From Macrostomum lignano (lineage: Eukaryota): a stretch of DNA of 64,000 nucleotides. This document shows positions 21,288 to 32,893 of this stretch, piece after piece. The first letter of the stretch is position 1, and each line of letters starts with the position of its first letter. A program made the translations under genes and the position numbers. The notes below the pieces were generated by a model. That model ran no database searches. It was not told where the DNA came from and saw nothing but the letters and a program-made list of their open reading frames with translations. The DNA lies in the NCBI GenBank assembly GCA_002269645.1, contig NIVC01001319.1, forward strand, positions 197,775-261,774. The letters run 5' to 3'.

Positions 21288-21388
21288 CCCCTTTTCGCGA
21301 GCAGTGCGAGCGGGCGTACGCACCGGGGACAGCTCCAGAACGCGACTATATTTGGATCAGCGACGACTAAGAGGAGGGTGACAGCGAG

Positions 21389-21982
21389 ATGGAATCGGAG
21401 TTGGAAGACATACCGGATGTCCTAGCGTGGAAGCTGGTGTTGGCAGGGCGACAAGTGGTAGACCCGGAACGATTGGTGTTGCCAACGTCTGTAGAGTTTG
21501 GGGAGCTGCGGAAGAAGCTGAGAGAAGCTCTGCTAGCTGGCGAAGAGGTGGAGATTTGGCAGGCGATGAGGCGTCTGTGCGAGATGTTCGTAGCGCGAGG
21601 GGAAGAGCCCCGAAGATACGTCACGGCCGCGCTGGTTCAGGTGCTGAAGTTCTTGCGGCGTGATCTGTCGGTAACGTGGTCAAAGGGCCGCGGTCGACGC
21701 CGGGGTTGGAAGGTGGAGCGGTTGAGAAAGGCGGTGAGAGCGGTGAACGCGGTGGTTGAGCAGTACGATCTGCTGCAAGCCGGTCACGTGAGGAGGCTGC
21801 TGCGCTGGTGTGCTCGGGTGGTGGCGTGCGAGTTGCTAGTAGAGTGTGAGTGTGGGTTGTGCTGGGGGTGCGGGCCCCGTCGTGCGGGTCCGGTTGTTCG
21901 TTTCCCTGTCCCTCGTGCTGGTGCGTGTATCCTATTTTCCATATTAGTCGTATGCTGTTGGGTTACCGTACGGGTGGTATGA
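21389..21982 (+). CDS. GC-rich orphan ORF, 197 aa, with a CxCxxCxxC cluster
   Basis: Open ATG-started frame with helical composition; no family recognised. Confidence 0.4.
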   Translation: MESELEDIPDVLAWKLVLAGRQVVDPERLVLPTSVEFGELRKKLREALLAGEEVEIWQAMRRLCEMFVARGEEPRRYVTAALVQVLKFLRRDLSVTWSKGRGRRRGWKVERLRKAVRAVNAVVEQYDLLQAGHVRRLLRWCARVVACELLVECECGLCWGCGPRRAGPVVRFPVPRAGACILFSILVVCCWVTVRVV

Positions 21983-22741
21983 GGGTTAGGTAGAGAGGCA
22001 GCCGGGAGACTGAAGGCGGGAGGTGCACGGTTGGCGAGCACTTGGTCGTCCAGTGTGGGTAGCCATGGCGGCGGCCGGGTGAGCAGCAGTGGCGTGCTCC
22101 ACTCAACTGATGGTCCCAGGCCAAGCGGGTTCCAGCGGACGCCAAGCGGTCACCGGGCAGAAGCTTTAAATCTGGTGACGCAGACGCCAGCGCCGGAACC
22201 CCGTACCCAGGCCAGCTATCGAGAGTCAACGGCGCAGGGACGAGAAAGGGCAGCCGACTCGGCAAGGATGTGCAGAGGGACAGTGCGGTGGAGAACGGTG
22301 ACTAGCTCTGATCCTTTATCATTAAACCCTTTTGCGTCGTTCATCGTTAAATCATTGGTGTCAGAATTCCATAAATCTTTTTGCGTCACTAGCATTCAAG
22401 TTTTTTTGCGTTGTCAACGTTCGAATTTTTGCGGTATCACATGGTAGTTCCTTTTGTCATCATTGATTCAACTGTTTGCTTTATTTCGTGTTCCCATCGA
22501 TTTCATGTACGCGTGTTGTCAGTCATGTAGGTCAGGCAGGCGTGGAACCCGTCGCCCAAGTGCGGTGCAGGTTGTGCAGCTGTGGTGTCATTCGTTGTCA
22601 TTCGTTTCTGCAATCTGCGTTACTGGCTCGTATCAGCTTCTTCCTTTTGTTGGGAGGCGGGTGTTGTGTTGTGCACTTTTGCGGTGCCTGTGCACCTAGC
22701 TCCAGCGGGCTGAGTCACCTGTTGGCCTATGGGTTTTTTTG

Positions 22742-23131
22742 TTATCCCCCCCTTTTTTCGTTTCCGTTGCCGCTTCCACCGCCGCTTCCACCGCCGCTTC
22801 CGCTGTTGAAGCTGTTAAAGCCACCGCTTTCACTTGCGCTGTCTTCTGAACATCTAGAAGTTAAACTACTATTGCTGCGTCTGTCGAATGCAAGGATCTT
22901 GTAGTTGCAGAGATGTGAGACATCGATTGAATCTGAATCTTCGGTGGAACTAGAATCTGACAAATCGTCAGCAGATTCTGACAAGCCGTCAACAGATTCT
23001 GACAAATCGGCAGCAGATTCTGACAAAGTTTCAGCTGAATCCGACAAATCTTCCCGAGATTCAAGCTTCAACAAATTCTGAGCCGACTCCGATGCATCTT
23101 CGGAAGAATCTGTCAGGTTGACCCAGTCCAT
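22742..23131 (-). CDS. Ser/Asp/Glu-rich low-complexity ORF with 7-aa repeats and a GS linker
   Basis: 21-bp repeats (gcagattctgacaaatcgtca) and gccgcttccacc repeats; coding status uncertain. Confidence 0.3.
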   Translation of the reverse strand: MDWVNLTDSSEDASESAQNLLKLESREDLSDSAETLSESAADLSESVDGLSESADDLSDSSSTEDSDSIDVSHLCNYKILAFDRRSNSSLTSRCSEDSASESGGFNSFNSGSGGGSGGGSGNGNEKRGG

Positions 23132-23959
23132 ATCACCGGTCCTGTCATTCAGTTACTATTAACGACCGTTATTCGGCTGTAAGATGCAGCGTCAAAGTGC
23201 GATAAAATTTAGATTCATTATTCAAAATTTTATACTGTAAATATTTGCTTTTCCTTACAGTATGCTGACTATACTACATGAAATCAATGTACATATGTAA
23301 AATGAAATAAAAAAACACAAGATCTAACATGTTCATCCAAAATAAACTACTGAATCATATCAGACTGTAAAACTTTAAACTTATATTTGTCAAACTTTCA
23401 AGGTGTTCAGCCACAGAGACAGCAGGTAAGTTTCAAACACCCGAAATATTAATGCAAAAACTTGTATTCATAGTTGAGTCGACAATTACATGATGGGCTT
23501 ATTTAATTGTACTTGATACTACTAAAAGCTATGCTGCCCATAATATTATATCTGGCTTTGATAATCGCTATTAATTAAAACAAAAAACATTTGTCGGCTT
23601 ATTGTAAATCAAATAAAAGCTTAAGTATATTTTAAAGTAAAAAATTAAGGTTTTTTTAAGTAAAATAATTAAGGTAAAACTGACTTTTAAGAGACACCAC
23701 AATACGTTTTCACATTTAAAGCGTGACCAATAATTCGCTTACTCAACGAGACACAAAAATAATGCTGTCATTTTCAATTTTTACAATATATCTAGCTCCA
23801 ATTACTGGTGGCAGCACGAGTTGCAGCTGGTATCGAGTTACGACATTGTTAGCAGCTTCCAATGCACCGTCTCCCAATACCTCCATCAGGGAATCCAATC
23901 CAGCCGGTTCTTCAATAATGTTTGGCTAGGCCATCTGTTCACCAATGTTGATTCTTGAA

Positions 23960-24150
23960 AGCTGCTCGACGTTGACACCAGGCAGTGGCTGCCCGTTGAC
24001 ACCATTCAGCGGCTGCTCGTTGGCGTCAGGCAGCGGCTGATCGTTGACACCATTCAGCGGCTGCTCGGTGACACCATTCAGCGGCTGCTCGTTGCCACCA
24101 TTCAGCGGCTGCCCGTTGACACCATTAAACGGCTGCTTGTTGGCGTCAGT
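23960..24150 (-). repeat. 24-bp tandem repeat reading NEQPLNGV on the minus strand
   Basis: caccattcagcggctgctcgttg units. The frame continues to ~23740 with one TAG, so this may be a decayed exon. Confidence 0.7.
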
Positions 24151-26158
24151 GCATTCAATACTGTGACGAAGTTAATTATTAGCTGTTACGAAGTTAATTA
24201 TTAGCTGTTTATTTAATTAGATTGCACATCCACACGAATGGTATGAGACCAAGCCACGCGAAGCGTTACAAAAAAACGAGCGCGCGACAATTCAAATTGG
24301 CGGGAAACTCCGGTGCACTTAAACCTAAGATGCCTAACTAGAAAAACACTAACAATAGCTACGAGTACAGAATAATTAATACAACTTAAAGAGCGAATTT
24401 ATATATTAAATAATATCGAACCAATAGTCGCAAAACCTCCAATTTACTTAAATAAAACTGATTTCAAATAGAAACCTCAAAATCAGATAGAACCTAAAAA
24501 TGAAAGGTGTTAACGACCTCGTGACACAACACCGTCACACCCGCTCCTCCACCAAAAAAGAACGCTAAGCATACTACTGAAAGTCACGACAACGTAACAC
24601 TGATCGGACATCCTTACTCGAAAAAACATGTATCAATATGACTTACTTTACTTTACGAATCTGAATCAAACTAGGAGCGACTATTCGAACGACATATATT
24701 ACATTACCGAAATGAAAAAAAATATTTGAACGAATTGAGATATTTGAACGAACTATTGAAATGAGCGTTACTTCGAGTCACAACTAAAAAAAACGAATGC
24801 AAATGCAAATGGTTGTGATGACGCAACCTGCTGGAATAAAACTCAGTCACGACGCAGCTGCAGATGGACACGTGACCACTGCAAACGAGCCGACAGCGCC
24901 ACCGACCAGGCCAGCGCCAGCACGAGCCAGACCAGCAGCCACCGCGCCGACGACCGCCGAAGGCCCCGACTATCTCCGCGCAGCGACCAGGCGATTCACG
25001 CCGCCCATAGCCGATCCGCAGACGCCTAACGGCCCGCTCCGAACCATTCAGACCCGCACGAGGCAGCCGAGCGCAACCCTCCGGTTCACACCCCACATAC
25101 ACACGGCAGGCACACACTAGACTACTCCAGAGCTACTCCACCAGCAACAAATAACAACAAATTGGGTCTAAGTGCTAAGTCAAACACTTTGAGAAACCAC
25201 ACCAGTCCCTTTAGTGTGATTTACTGTACTTTTTGGTAAAAGAATGGAACCCGACGACTAATTGTAAGTTATCACAAAGGACTCCCAGTTAAGTAAGCGT
25301 TGGGTTGATCTCTTCGCTTTTTCAGTTTATTCGACCTTCATAATTATTGGCTGCTGGTGGTTTTGTCGGCAAGTCACAGTTGGGCTTTGTTTTTACGCGG
25401 ATTTCCCATTTTTTGTTTGCTAATTACTCGTTATGTGCGTATTAATAACGAATAAAGGCTTAAGTTCGTTACAGACTGACGCTATGAGAAGCAGGTGAAT
25501 ATTTGAATATTTTGTAATTACAAAAATATATAAACTTATATAACAAAACAGGAATCTAAACATTACTCTAGCAGAACAAGAAGTGCTCACGGAAGCAAAC
25601 AATCTTTCTCACGAATCGCACATCGTTTATGAAAACGATAGTTGTGCGTGAGGCATCAGGGCAATATGAGTGTTGCTAATGACACAATTGCCGTCAATTT
25701 CACGTAACGCTACAGAGTAGGCATGAGAGTCAAGTTTATTAGCAAACGCATCACATGTTAGGCGTCTAACATGAGCCAGACGGCAACAGCGCACATTAGA
25801 ATCTTGCGATACGCCTGCTTGTTCGAAAGGTGTACCAATCTCTAGTTCTTCCACACAGAGATTTTATAGCATCACTCGAACGTCCTCGTTGGATGCGTTC
25901 ATATATATGCATATATACATGTGTATATCTATATATAGTGCATATAGTGCATAGTGCATAGTGCATATAGTGCATATTGGTATATATATATGAACCACTA
26001 AGGGTCTTTATCTTGTTTATTTCTTCTCGTATTTTTTATTTATGTATTATTATATGCTATAATACAAGTACGCTCGTACGCTCGTACTATTATATTCACT
26101 ACCCCCTCCAATCATATCAGAGCAGCAAGAAGCCCACCCCACAACACAACCCGTTACA

Positions 26159-26603
26159 AAGTTTATTGCTCATTTATTAACAATGCCAGTGCGCCAGAGG
26201 CAGACACCCAAGAAGACCAGAGCCTCTCTCTTATCTACTTCACTCCACTGACAAATAGTGCGGCAGAGTTGCATAGACATGCTATAGGATAAGCACAGTG
26301 GGGACGCCGAGGAGTTGCATAGGCCAGGCACAAATTGAGGTGGACGTTTCCACGCTATGCCTACCTTGTTTTTAATTTGTTTACTCTGCTATTCCAAAAC
26401 CTTCCAATTATTTGCTTTGCTACCTGCCCCACAAAGCGGCAGAGTTGAATAAGCGTTTTACCACCCAGCCAATCGCACACCTACCCCACGCCCCTTATTT
26501 CCATTGGCTATCTCAGCTGGCTCTTTTACGCCCTCCTATCATTTTACATTACTGCCTATCTCCGCAGTACAAGTGCGGCAGAGTTGCATAAACTCATACT
26601 ACT
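26159..26603 (-). repeat. Right TIR of the outer element
   Basis: Inverted copy of 7355-7800. Confidence 0.9.
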
Positions 26604-26724
26604 TATAAGGAATTATATAGGGGGGTATCTAGGTGAAAACATAGCGTGATAATAGTGATAACAGAACATAGTGTTATTCCGTTTAATAGTTTTTTATTTT
26701 CTAAGATATTAGAAGCGTGTTTTT

Positions 26725-26775
26725 CTACCCCAAAGGGGGAATTGATATGCTAGTCTAATATACTAAAAATCAAAA
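26725..26775 (+). mobile_element. Helitron head-to-tail junction at 26753/26754
   Basis: cccc-aaa-gggg hairpin, then attgatatgCTAG|TCtaatatactaaaaat, followed by a (TACC)n microsatellite. Confidence 0.6.
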
Positions 26776-27084
26776 CTATGTACCTACCTACCTACCTACC
26801 AACCTATCTATATATCTACAAGCTGTTGGAAACCCGCAGATTTTGAACCCAGGGAACTCCAATCCCTAGAAATATTTTTGCATGTATTCTAAAATCTGAA
26901 GTCATACTTAAACAAAAACTTTTTAATAGTTAGGAATTTAGGATAGAGTTAAACATAAAATAGAGTACATTCATGTAAAATTAGTATTTGAAGCAAACAT
27001 TAATATTGTTCGTTGGGGTGCTGCGCAGAATGTCAGACAAACTCATGGCCTCTGCCTCTCCTTGTGTCCCTTAGAAGTTGGATC

Positions 27085-28495
27085 CTTAGAAACTTCTATC
27101 TCTACCTTCTCTTCTGTTTTCTCTCTTCTCACTGGTCTGTGGTCTCTTCTCTTTCTCCTCTATCCCCTCTTCTCTCGTCTATTCCCTCTTATTCTTTTCT
27201 CTCCTCTCCTCTCCTCTCTTGTCTCTGCTCTCCTTTCTCCTGTTTTATCTCTTCCCATTTCTTTCTGCTCTCTATTCTATCTTCTCTCTTCTCTCTGCTC
27301 TCTACTCTATCTTCTCTCTGCTCTCTACTGTCTTCTCTCTGCTCTCTACTCTATCTTCTTTCTGCTCTCTACTCTATCTTCTTTCTGCTCTCTACTCTCT
27401 CTTCTCTCTCCTCTCTACTCTATCTTCTCTCTGCTCTCTACTCTCTCTTCCCTCTCCCCTCTTCTCACTTCTTACTCTACCCTCTCCGAACACTTCTCCT
27501 CTCTCCTTTCTCCTCTCCTCCCTCCTCTGTACTCTGTACTCTCTCGTCTTTCTCCTCTCCTCTCTTCTCTCTCATCTCTTCTATCGTCTCTTCCCTCACC
27601 TCTCCTCTCTCGTCTTTGCTCTCTTATCTATCTCTCCTTTCTCTTCTTTTATCTTTTCTCTCTTATCTCTTCTCATCTCTGTCTGCATGCTCTCTACCTC
27701 TATCTCTCCCTCTCTCTCCTCTCCCCTCTCTCGTCTCTCTCTCATATTTTCCCCTGTTTCCCCTGTCCTCTCGATTCTCTTCCCTCCCCTCCTCTCTCCT
27801 CACTCACTTCTCTCTCTCCCTTTGTCTCACCTTTCATCTCTCATCTCTTTTTTCTTATCTATCCTCTATTCTCTCTACTCTCCCATCTCTCGTGTGTTCA
27901 CTCTCGTCTTTGCTCTCTCAGTCTCATCTTCCCTCTCTCATCTGTCATTTTTACTCTCGTATACTCGTATGTTCTCACCTCTCTCCTCTGTACTCTTCTC
28001 TTTCCCCTCATCTGACTCCTCTCTCCGCTCTCCTCTCTCCTCTCAGATATCGTGTTCACTCTCATCCCCTCTCTTTTCTGTCATCTGTACTCTCCAATCT
28101 TCAGTGTACTCTTCTCTTTACCCTCTTCTGATTCCTCTCTTTCCTTACTCCTCTTCTCTTCTCTCTTCTATACTCCCTCCCCTCTATTCTCTTCTCTCGC
28201 CTTTATGCACTCTGCTCTCTCCTTCATCTCTCATCTCTACTCTCTTCTCACTCTTTTCTACTCTCCTCTGTCATCGATCCTGTCTCATCTCTCCCATCTT
28301 CTCTCTCCCTCTTCTCACTTCTACTCTTTCTTCTCCCTTCTCTCCCCTCCTCTCGCTTCTTACTCCAATATTATCTGCTCACTCCTTATGCTTACCCCAT
28401 CGTCTCTCTTCTTAACTTCTATCTTTTCTCTTATCCTCCCCTCGCTTCTTCTCTCTTCTTATAGTCTATTCCTTCTCCTTTTCACTCTCATCTCA
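27085..28495 (+). repeat. ~1.4-kb polypyrimidine (CT-rich) low-complexity tract
   Basis: Almost purine-free + strand; source of the Leu/Ser-rich spurious ORFs. Confidence 0.9.
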
Positions 28496-31400
28496 TTAGC
28501 AATGAGCTTGATTCTTTATCTGGCATTTGAGGTTTAAGTCTGCCAATCCCCGCTTCGAAAGCGTTTGTGGGACGTAGTACTCTCATGGTTGTTATTGATG
28601 TAACCACGCTCTGGTCGCGGGATAGGGCAGGGGAACTTTTTCGAAAGTGTCTCCTATCGCCGTTCACCCCCTATACAGAGCTGTTGAGACTCGGCCAGGT
28701 CTTCGACCAGGCCTGGAGACTCCCGCTCTGCTGCACCCCCTGCTGCCTTGGCTCCGTCTCCCCTGCCGCCACACTTGCCTTTCCGGAGCTCCCCCTCCCT
28801 CTTTGTACCTCCCCCTCTACCTTATCTCCCCTGCGCGCCTCCCTATTCTCTATGCACTCTTCCTGTCTCCCCTCTTTTTGCCCCTTTTCGCCCTATTTTC
28901 CTGCGCTGTCCTCCCTTTCTCTGCGTCTACTTACAGTATTTTGTGCACTCACCGTCACCCCATCCCTTCTCAAACTCCCAAACGGTGACGCAGTCGTGTG
29001 ACCCCTTCTTCCCCTCGATGACTCATCCCCCTCTCTTGCGCAACCTTTTCTCACGCCATTGTTCTCCTCCCCAAATTTCTCATGCGACACCCACCTCACC
29101 TCCGCTTCTATTGTTCTCGTTTTTGATTCTTTTGTTCTCTTTACCCCCACAATTATCACATTTTCTCCGATTTTCTCTTTCTATTGTTCTCATTTTCGCA
29201 CCTAATTATCACCTTTTCTCCAATGTTTGCTTTTCTATTGTTCTCGATTCTCCCCAATTATGCCCGATTTCCAATTCCTTTGTTCTCGACCCCAGCCCCA
29301 TTGTTCTCAGTGTTTGCTTGCGCCACACTTTCTCGACCTCCCGCTGCGCCAATTATCCCCCCCACCCCACCTCCGGATTTCGCAATTCTCCCATTTCTCA
29401 TGTTGCTATGCTGGTCTCATGCTTCTCATCATGACTCATTCTGACGTCATTCTGCCGGCAGCTAATCAGAGAGAGGGAGTCATGGAAACGACCTTGGAGC
29501 GGCGGCTGGGATGGCTATATAAGGAAGCGATTTTCGGCATGAGAATCCTCAACTCTTCGTTCCGGTCTCCTCAGACTGTGCGTCTCCTCGTCTTTCTTTG
29601 GACTTGCCGTCAGACGTACCTCTGACCTATTCGTCTGTAGGACGAACCTCTGCCGGTCCGCGGTCTGATACCGCCCAGTTACCTTAGCTCCCAAGTAAGC
29701 TCGTCTATCGGCCAGCGGTCTGGTACCGCCCAGCATCATCAGCATCGCCTGATCTACATCAGCGCCTCGTCGCTTCAGCGCATCGCCGCTTCACTGTCTG
29801 CCTGACTGCAGCCTACAGCCGCCCTCGGTCACTCCGCCGCTCTCTCTCTCTGTGCAGCTGCCGGTAAGTTCCTATTACTAATTTGTGCTCCAATCGCCTT
29901 TACTTATCCGGGGTTTGCCTATTTGCCATTGCTTAATTAGAGAGCTGAGCCAATTGTGATACCGTAACTTTTGCTGTATTTTACTCAATAGTGAAGCCGC
30001 CTAATTGCCTGACTATTTGCCTTAGGGCCTAATTATTAACTATTAACTAACCTCATCATTATTCACTCTTTCACCATCATTTCACTCATCAGAAACGTGT
30101 CCTTGGGGTTGTGGGTTTCGCGGAGCTCACTGGGAACTAGTCGATAGTAGAAAATAATCAATGATTTGAAATAGTGTACTCTCCAATCTTCAGTGTACTC
30201 TTCTCTTTACCCTCTTCTGATTCCTCTCTTTCCTTACTCCTCTTCTCTTCTCTCTTCTATACTCCCTCCCCTCTATTCTCTTCTCTCGCCTTTATGCACT
30301 CTGCTCTCTCCTTCATCTCTCATCTCTACTCTCTTCTCACTCTTTTCTACTCTCCTCTGTCATCGATCCTGTCTCATCTCTCCCATCTTCTCTCTCCCTC
30401 TTCTCACTTCTACTCTTTCTTCTCCCTTCTCTCCCCTCCTCTCGCTTCTTACTCCAATATTATCTGCTCACTCCTTATGCTTACCCCATCGTCTCTCTTC
30501 TTAACTTCTATCTTTTCTCTTATCCTCCCCTCGCTTCTTCTCTCTTCTTATAGTCTATTCCTTCTCCTTTTCACTCTCATCTCATTAGCAATGAGCTTGA
30601 TTCTTTATCTGGCATTTGAGGTTTAAGTCTGCCAATCCCCGCTTCGAAAGCGTTTGTGGGACGTAGTACTCTCATGGTTGTTATTGATGTAACCACGCTC
30701 TGGTCGCGGGATAGGGCAGGGGAACTTTTTCGAAAGTGTCTCCTATCGCCGTTCACCCCCTATACAGAGCTGTTGAGACTCGGCCAGGTCTTCGACCAGG
30801 CCTGGAGACTCCCGCTCTGCTGCACCCCCTGCTGCCTTGGCTCCGTCTCCCCTGCCGCCACACTTGCCTTTCCGGAGCTCCCCTCCCTCTTTGTACCTCC
30901 CCCTCTACCTTATCTCCCCTGCGCGCCTCCCTATTCTCTATGCACTCTTCCTGTCTCCCCTCTTTTTGCCCCTTTTCGCCCTATTTTCCTGCGCTGTCCT
31001 CCCTTTCTCTGCGTCTACTTACAGTATTTTGTGCACTCACCGTCACCCCATCCCTTCTCAAACTCCCAAACGGTGACGCAGTCGTGTGACCCCTTCTTCC
31101 CCTCGATGACTCATCCCCCTCTCTTGCGCAACCTTTTCTCACGCCATTGTTCTCCTCCCCAAATTTCTCATGCGACACCCACCTCACCTCCGCTTCTATT
31201 GTTCTCGTTTTTGATTCTTTTGTTCTCTTTACCCCCACAATTATCACATTTTCTCCGATTTTCTCTTTCTATTGTTCTCATTTTCGCACCTAATTATCAC
31301 CTTTTCTCCAATGTTTGCTTTTCTATTGTTCTCGATTCTCCCCAATTATGCCCGATTTCCAATTCCTTTGTTCTCGACCCCAGCCCCATTGTTCTCAGTG

Positions 31401-32177
31401 TTTGCTTGCGCCACACTTTCTCGACCTCCCGCTGCGCCAATTATCCCCCCCACCCCACCTCCGGATTTCGCAATTCTCCCATTTCTCATGTTGCTATGCT
31501 GGTCTCATGCTTCTCATCATGACTCATTCTGACGTCATTCTGCCGGCAGCTAATCAGAGAGAGGGAGTCATGGAAACGACCTTGGAGCGGCGGCTGGGAT
31601 GGCTATATAAGGAAGCGATTTTCGGCATGAGAATCCTCAACTCTTCGTTCCGGTCTCCTCAGACTGTGCGTCTCCTCGTCTTTCTTTGGACTTGCCGTCA
31701 GACGTACCTCTGACCTATTCGTCTGTAGGACGAACCTCTGCCGGTCCGCGGTCTGATACCGCCCAGTTACCTTAGCTCCCAAGTAAGCTCGTCTATCGGC
31801 CAGCGGTCTGGTACCGCCCAGCATCATCAGCATCGCCTGATCTACATCAGCGCCTCGTCGCTTCAGCGCATCGCCGCTTCACTGTCTGCCTGACTGCAGC
31901 CTACAGCCGCCCTCGGTCACTCCGCCGCTCTCTCTCTCTGTGCAGCTGCCGGTAAGTTCCTATTACTAATTTGTGCTCCAATCGCCTTTACTTATCCGGG
32001 GTTTGCCTATTTGCCATTGCTTAATTAGAGAGCTGAGCCAATTGTGATACCGTAACTTTTGCTGTATTTTACTCAATAGTGAAGCCGCCTAATTGCCTGA
32101 CTATTTGCCTTAGGGCCTAATTATTAACTATTAACTAACCTCATCATTATTCACTCTTTCACCATCATTTCACTCAT
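28086..32177 (+). repeat. Near-identical 2.0-kb direct duplication (28086-30089 and 30175-32177) with an 85-bp unique spacer
   Basis: The ORF track repeats at an offset of ~2089; the only difference I noticed is a 1-nt C-run indel. Confidence 0.9.
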
Positions 32178-32893
32178 GGCTTGCTAAGCCTTTCTCCCGG
32201 GGTGGCTAAGCATAAGGAAGTTTGGGTAAGCTAATGGCCTCTCCCATGCAAAGCCCGCCTGTGAGTGCGTGCTGCGGTGCCGTGTGTGCGTGCAGTAGAG
32301 GGATTAGCGAGTCTTGGCACAGAATGGCAGTAGGAAGGTTGCAACCCGATGCTGACGCGTCCCTTCGCCCTGAGCAATCTAAACTGTAGACAGTACATGT
32401 TCCCCTCATACTACTCTTAGTAATCAAAGTCGCAAGTCAGCCTCGCTCACAGCCACAAAGGATCCCCTGCTGAGAAATCCTCCAGATTGAGCCCAGAGTT
32501 CCCGATCATGCCCCAAGCAGAGTCCCTGTACTCGGCTGCATGTGTCTCCCCTGTTAGCCTAAATCTCCTGGTAACCATCCCAGGCGGGGCTCTAGCCTCG
32601 AGAGGTCTGGTAGAAAGATCCAGGTGCGCCAGGTCACATAGAGTGGTGGCAGCCACTCGGTCATACTATGACTGAGTGACCAACTATTGCACCTTGGCTG
32701 CAGGTGGGGTCCATGTGTGTCCTTGGCCCTCTGGTCACGAAGCGCTACCAAAGCTATCAATCATGTGGGCGGGACAGTCTGGTGCTGGAGGTCCGTCAGG
32801 TCATTGCCCGGTCATAGGCAGCCTACGGTCATTGCCCCCTCTAGTCATGCGTTCGTCTCTCAACGGAGCGGACAGGCGACAAGGGTGGTTACA
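30688..32893 (+). mobile_element. 2.2-kb LTR-like repeat (TGTAACCAC...GTGGTTACA)
   Basis: 9-bp inverted ends with TG...CA and a TATA box (ctatataagg) at ~31603. There is no matching TSD (attga vs ccagt) and no PBS or PPT was seen, so the class is uncertain. Confidence 0.55.

Larger units (their letters stand above)
7355..26603. mobile_element. 19.2-kb Polinton/Maverick-ended element (outer), with no pPolB, integrase or capsid of its own
   Basis: Starts AGTAGTATGA and ends TCATACTACT. A 6-bp TSD TATAAG lies at 7349-7354 and 26604-26609, with long TIRs. AG termini and 6-bp TSDs are established Polinton hallmarks. Confidence 0.85.

Noticed and set aside
27013-28537. 300-400-aa Leu/Ser-rich ORFs
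   Set aside because: A CT-only tract cannot encode stop codons, and all three frames are open.
9038-32893. A 24-kb element bounded by ~1.1-kb inverted repeats
   Set aside because: There is no TSD (attga vs ccagt) and it would straddle the TSD-supported end at 26603. Two independent, oppositely oriented copies of one repeat explain it better.
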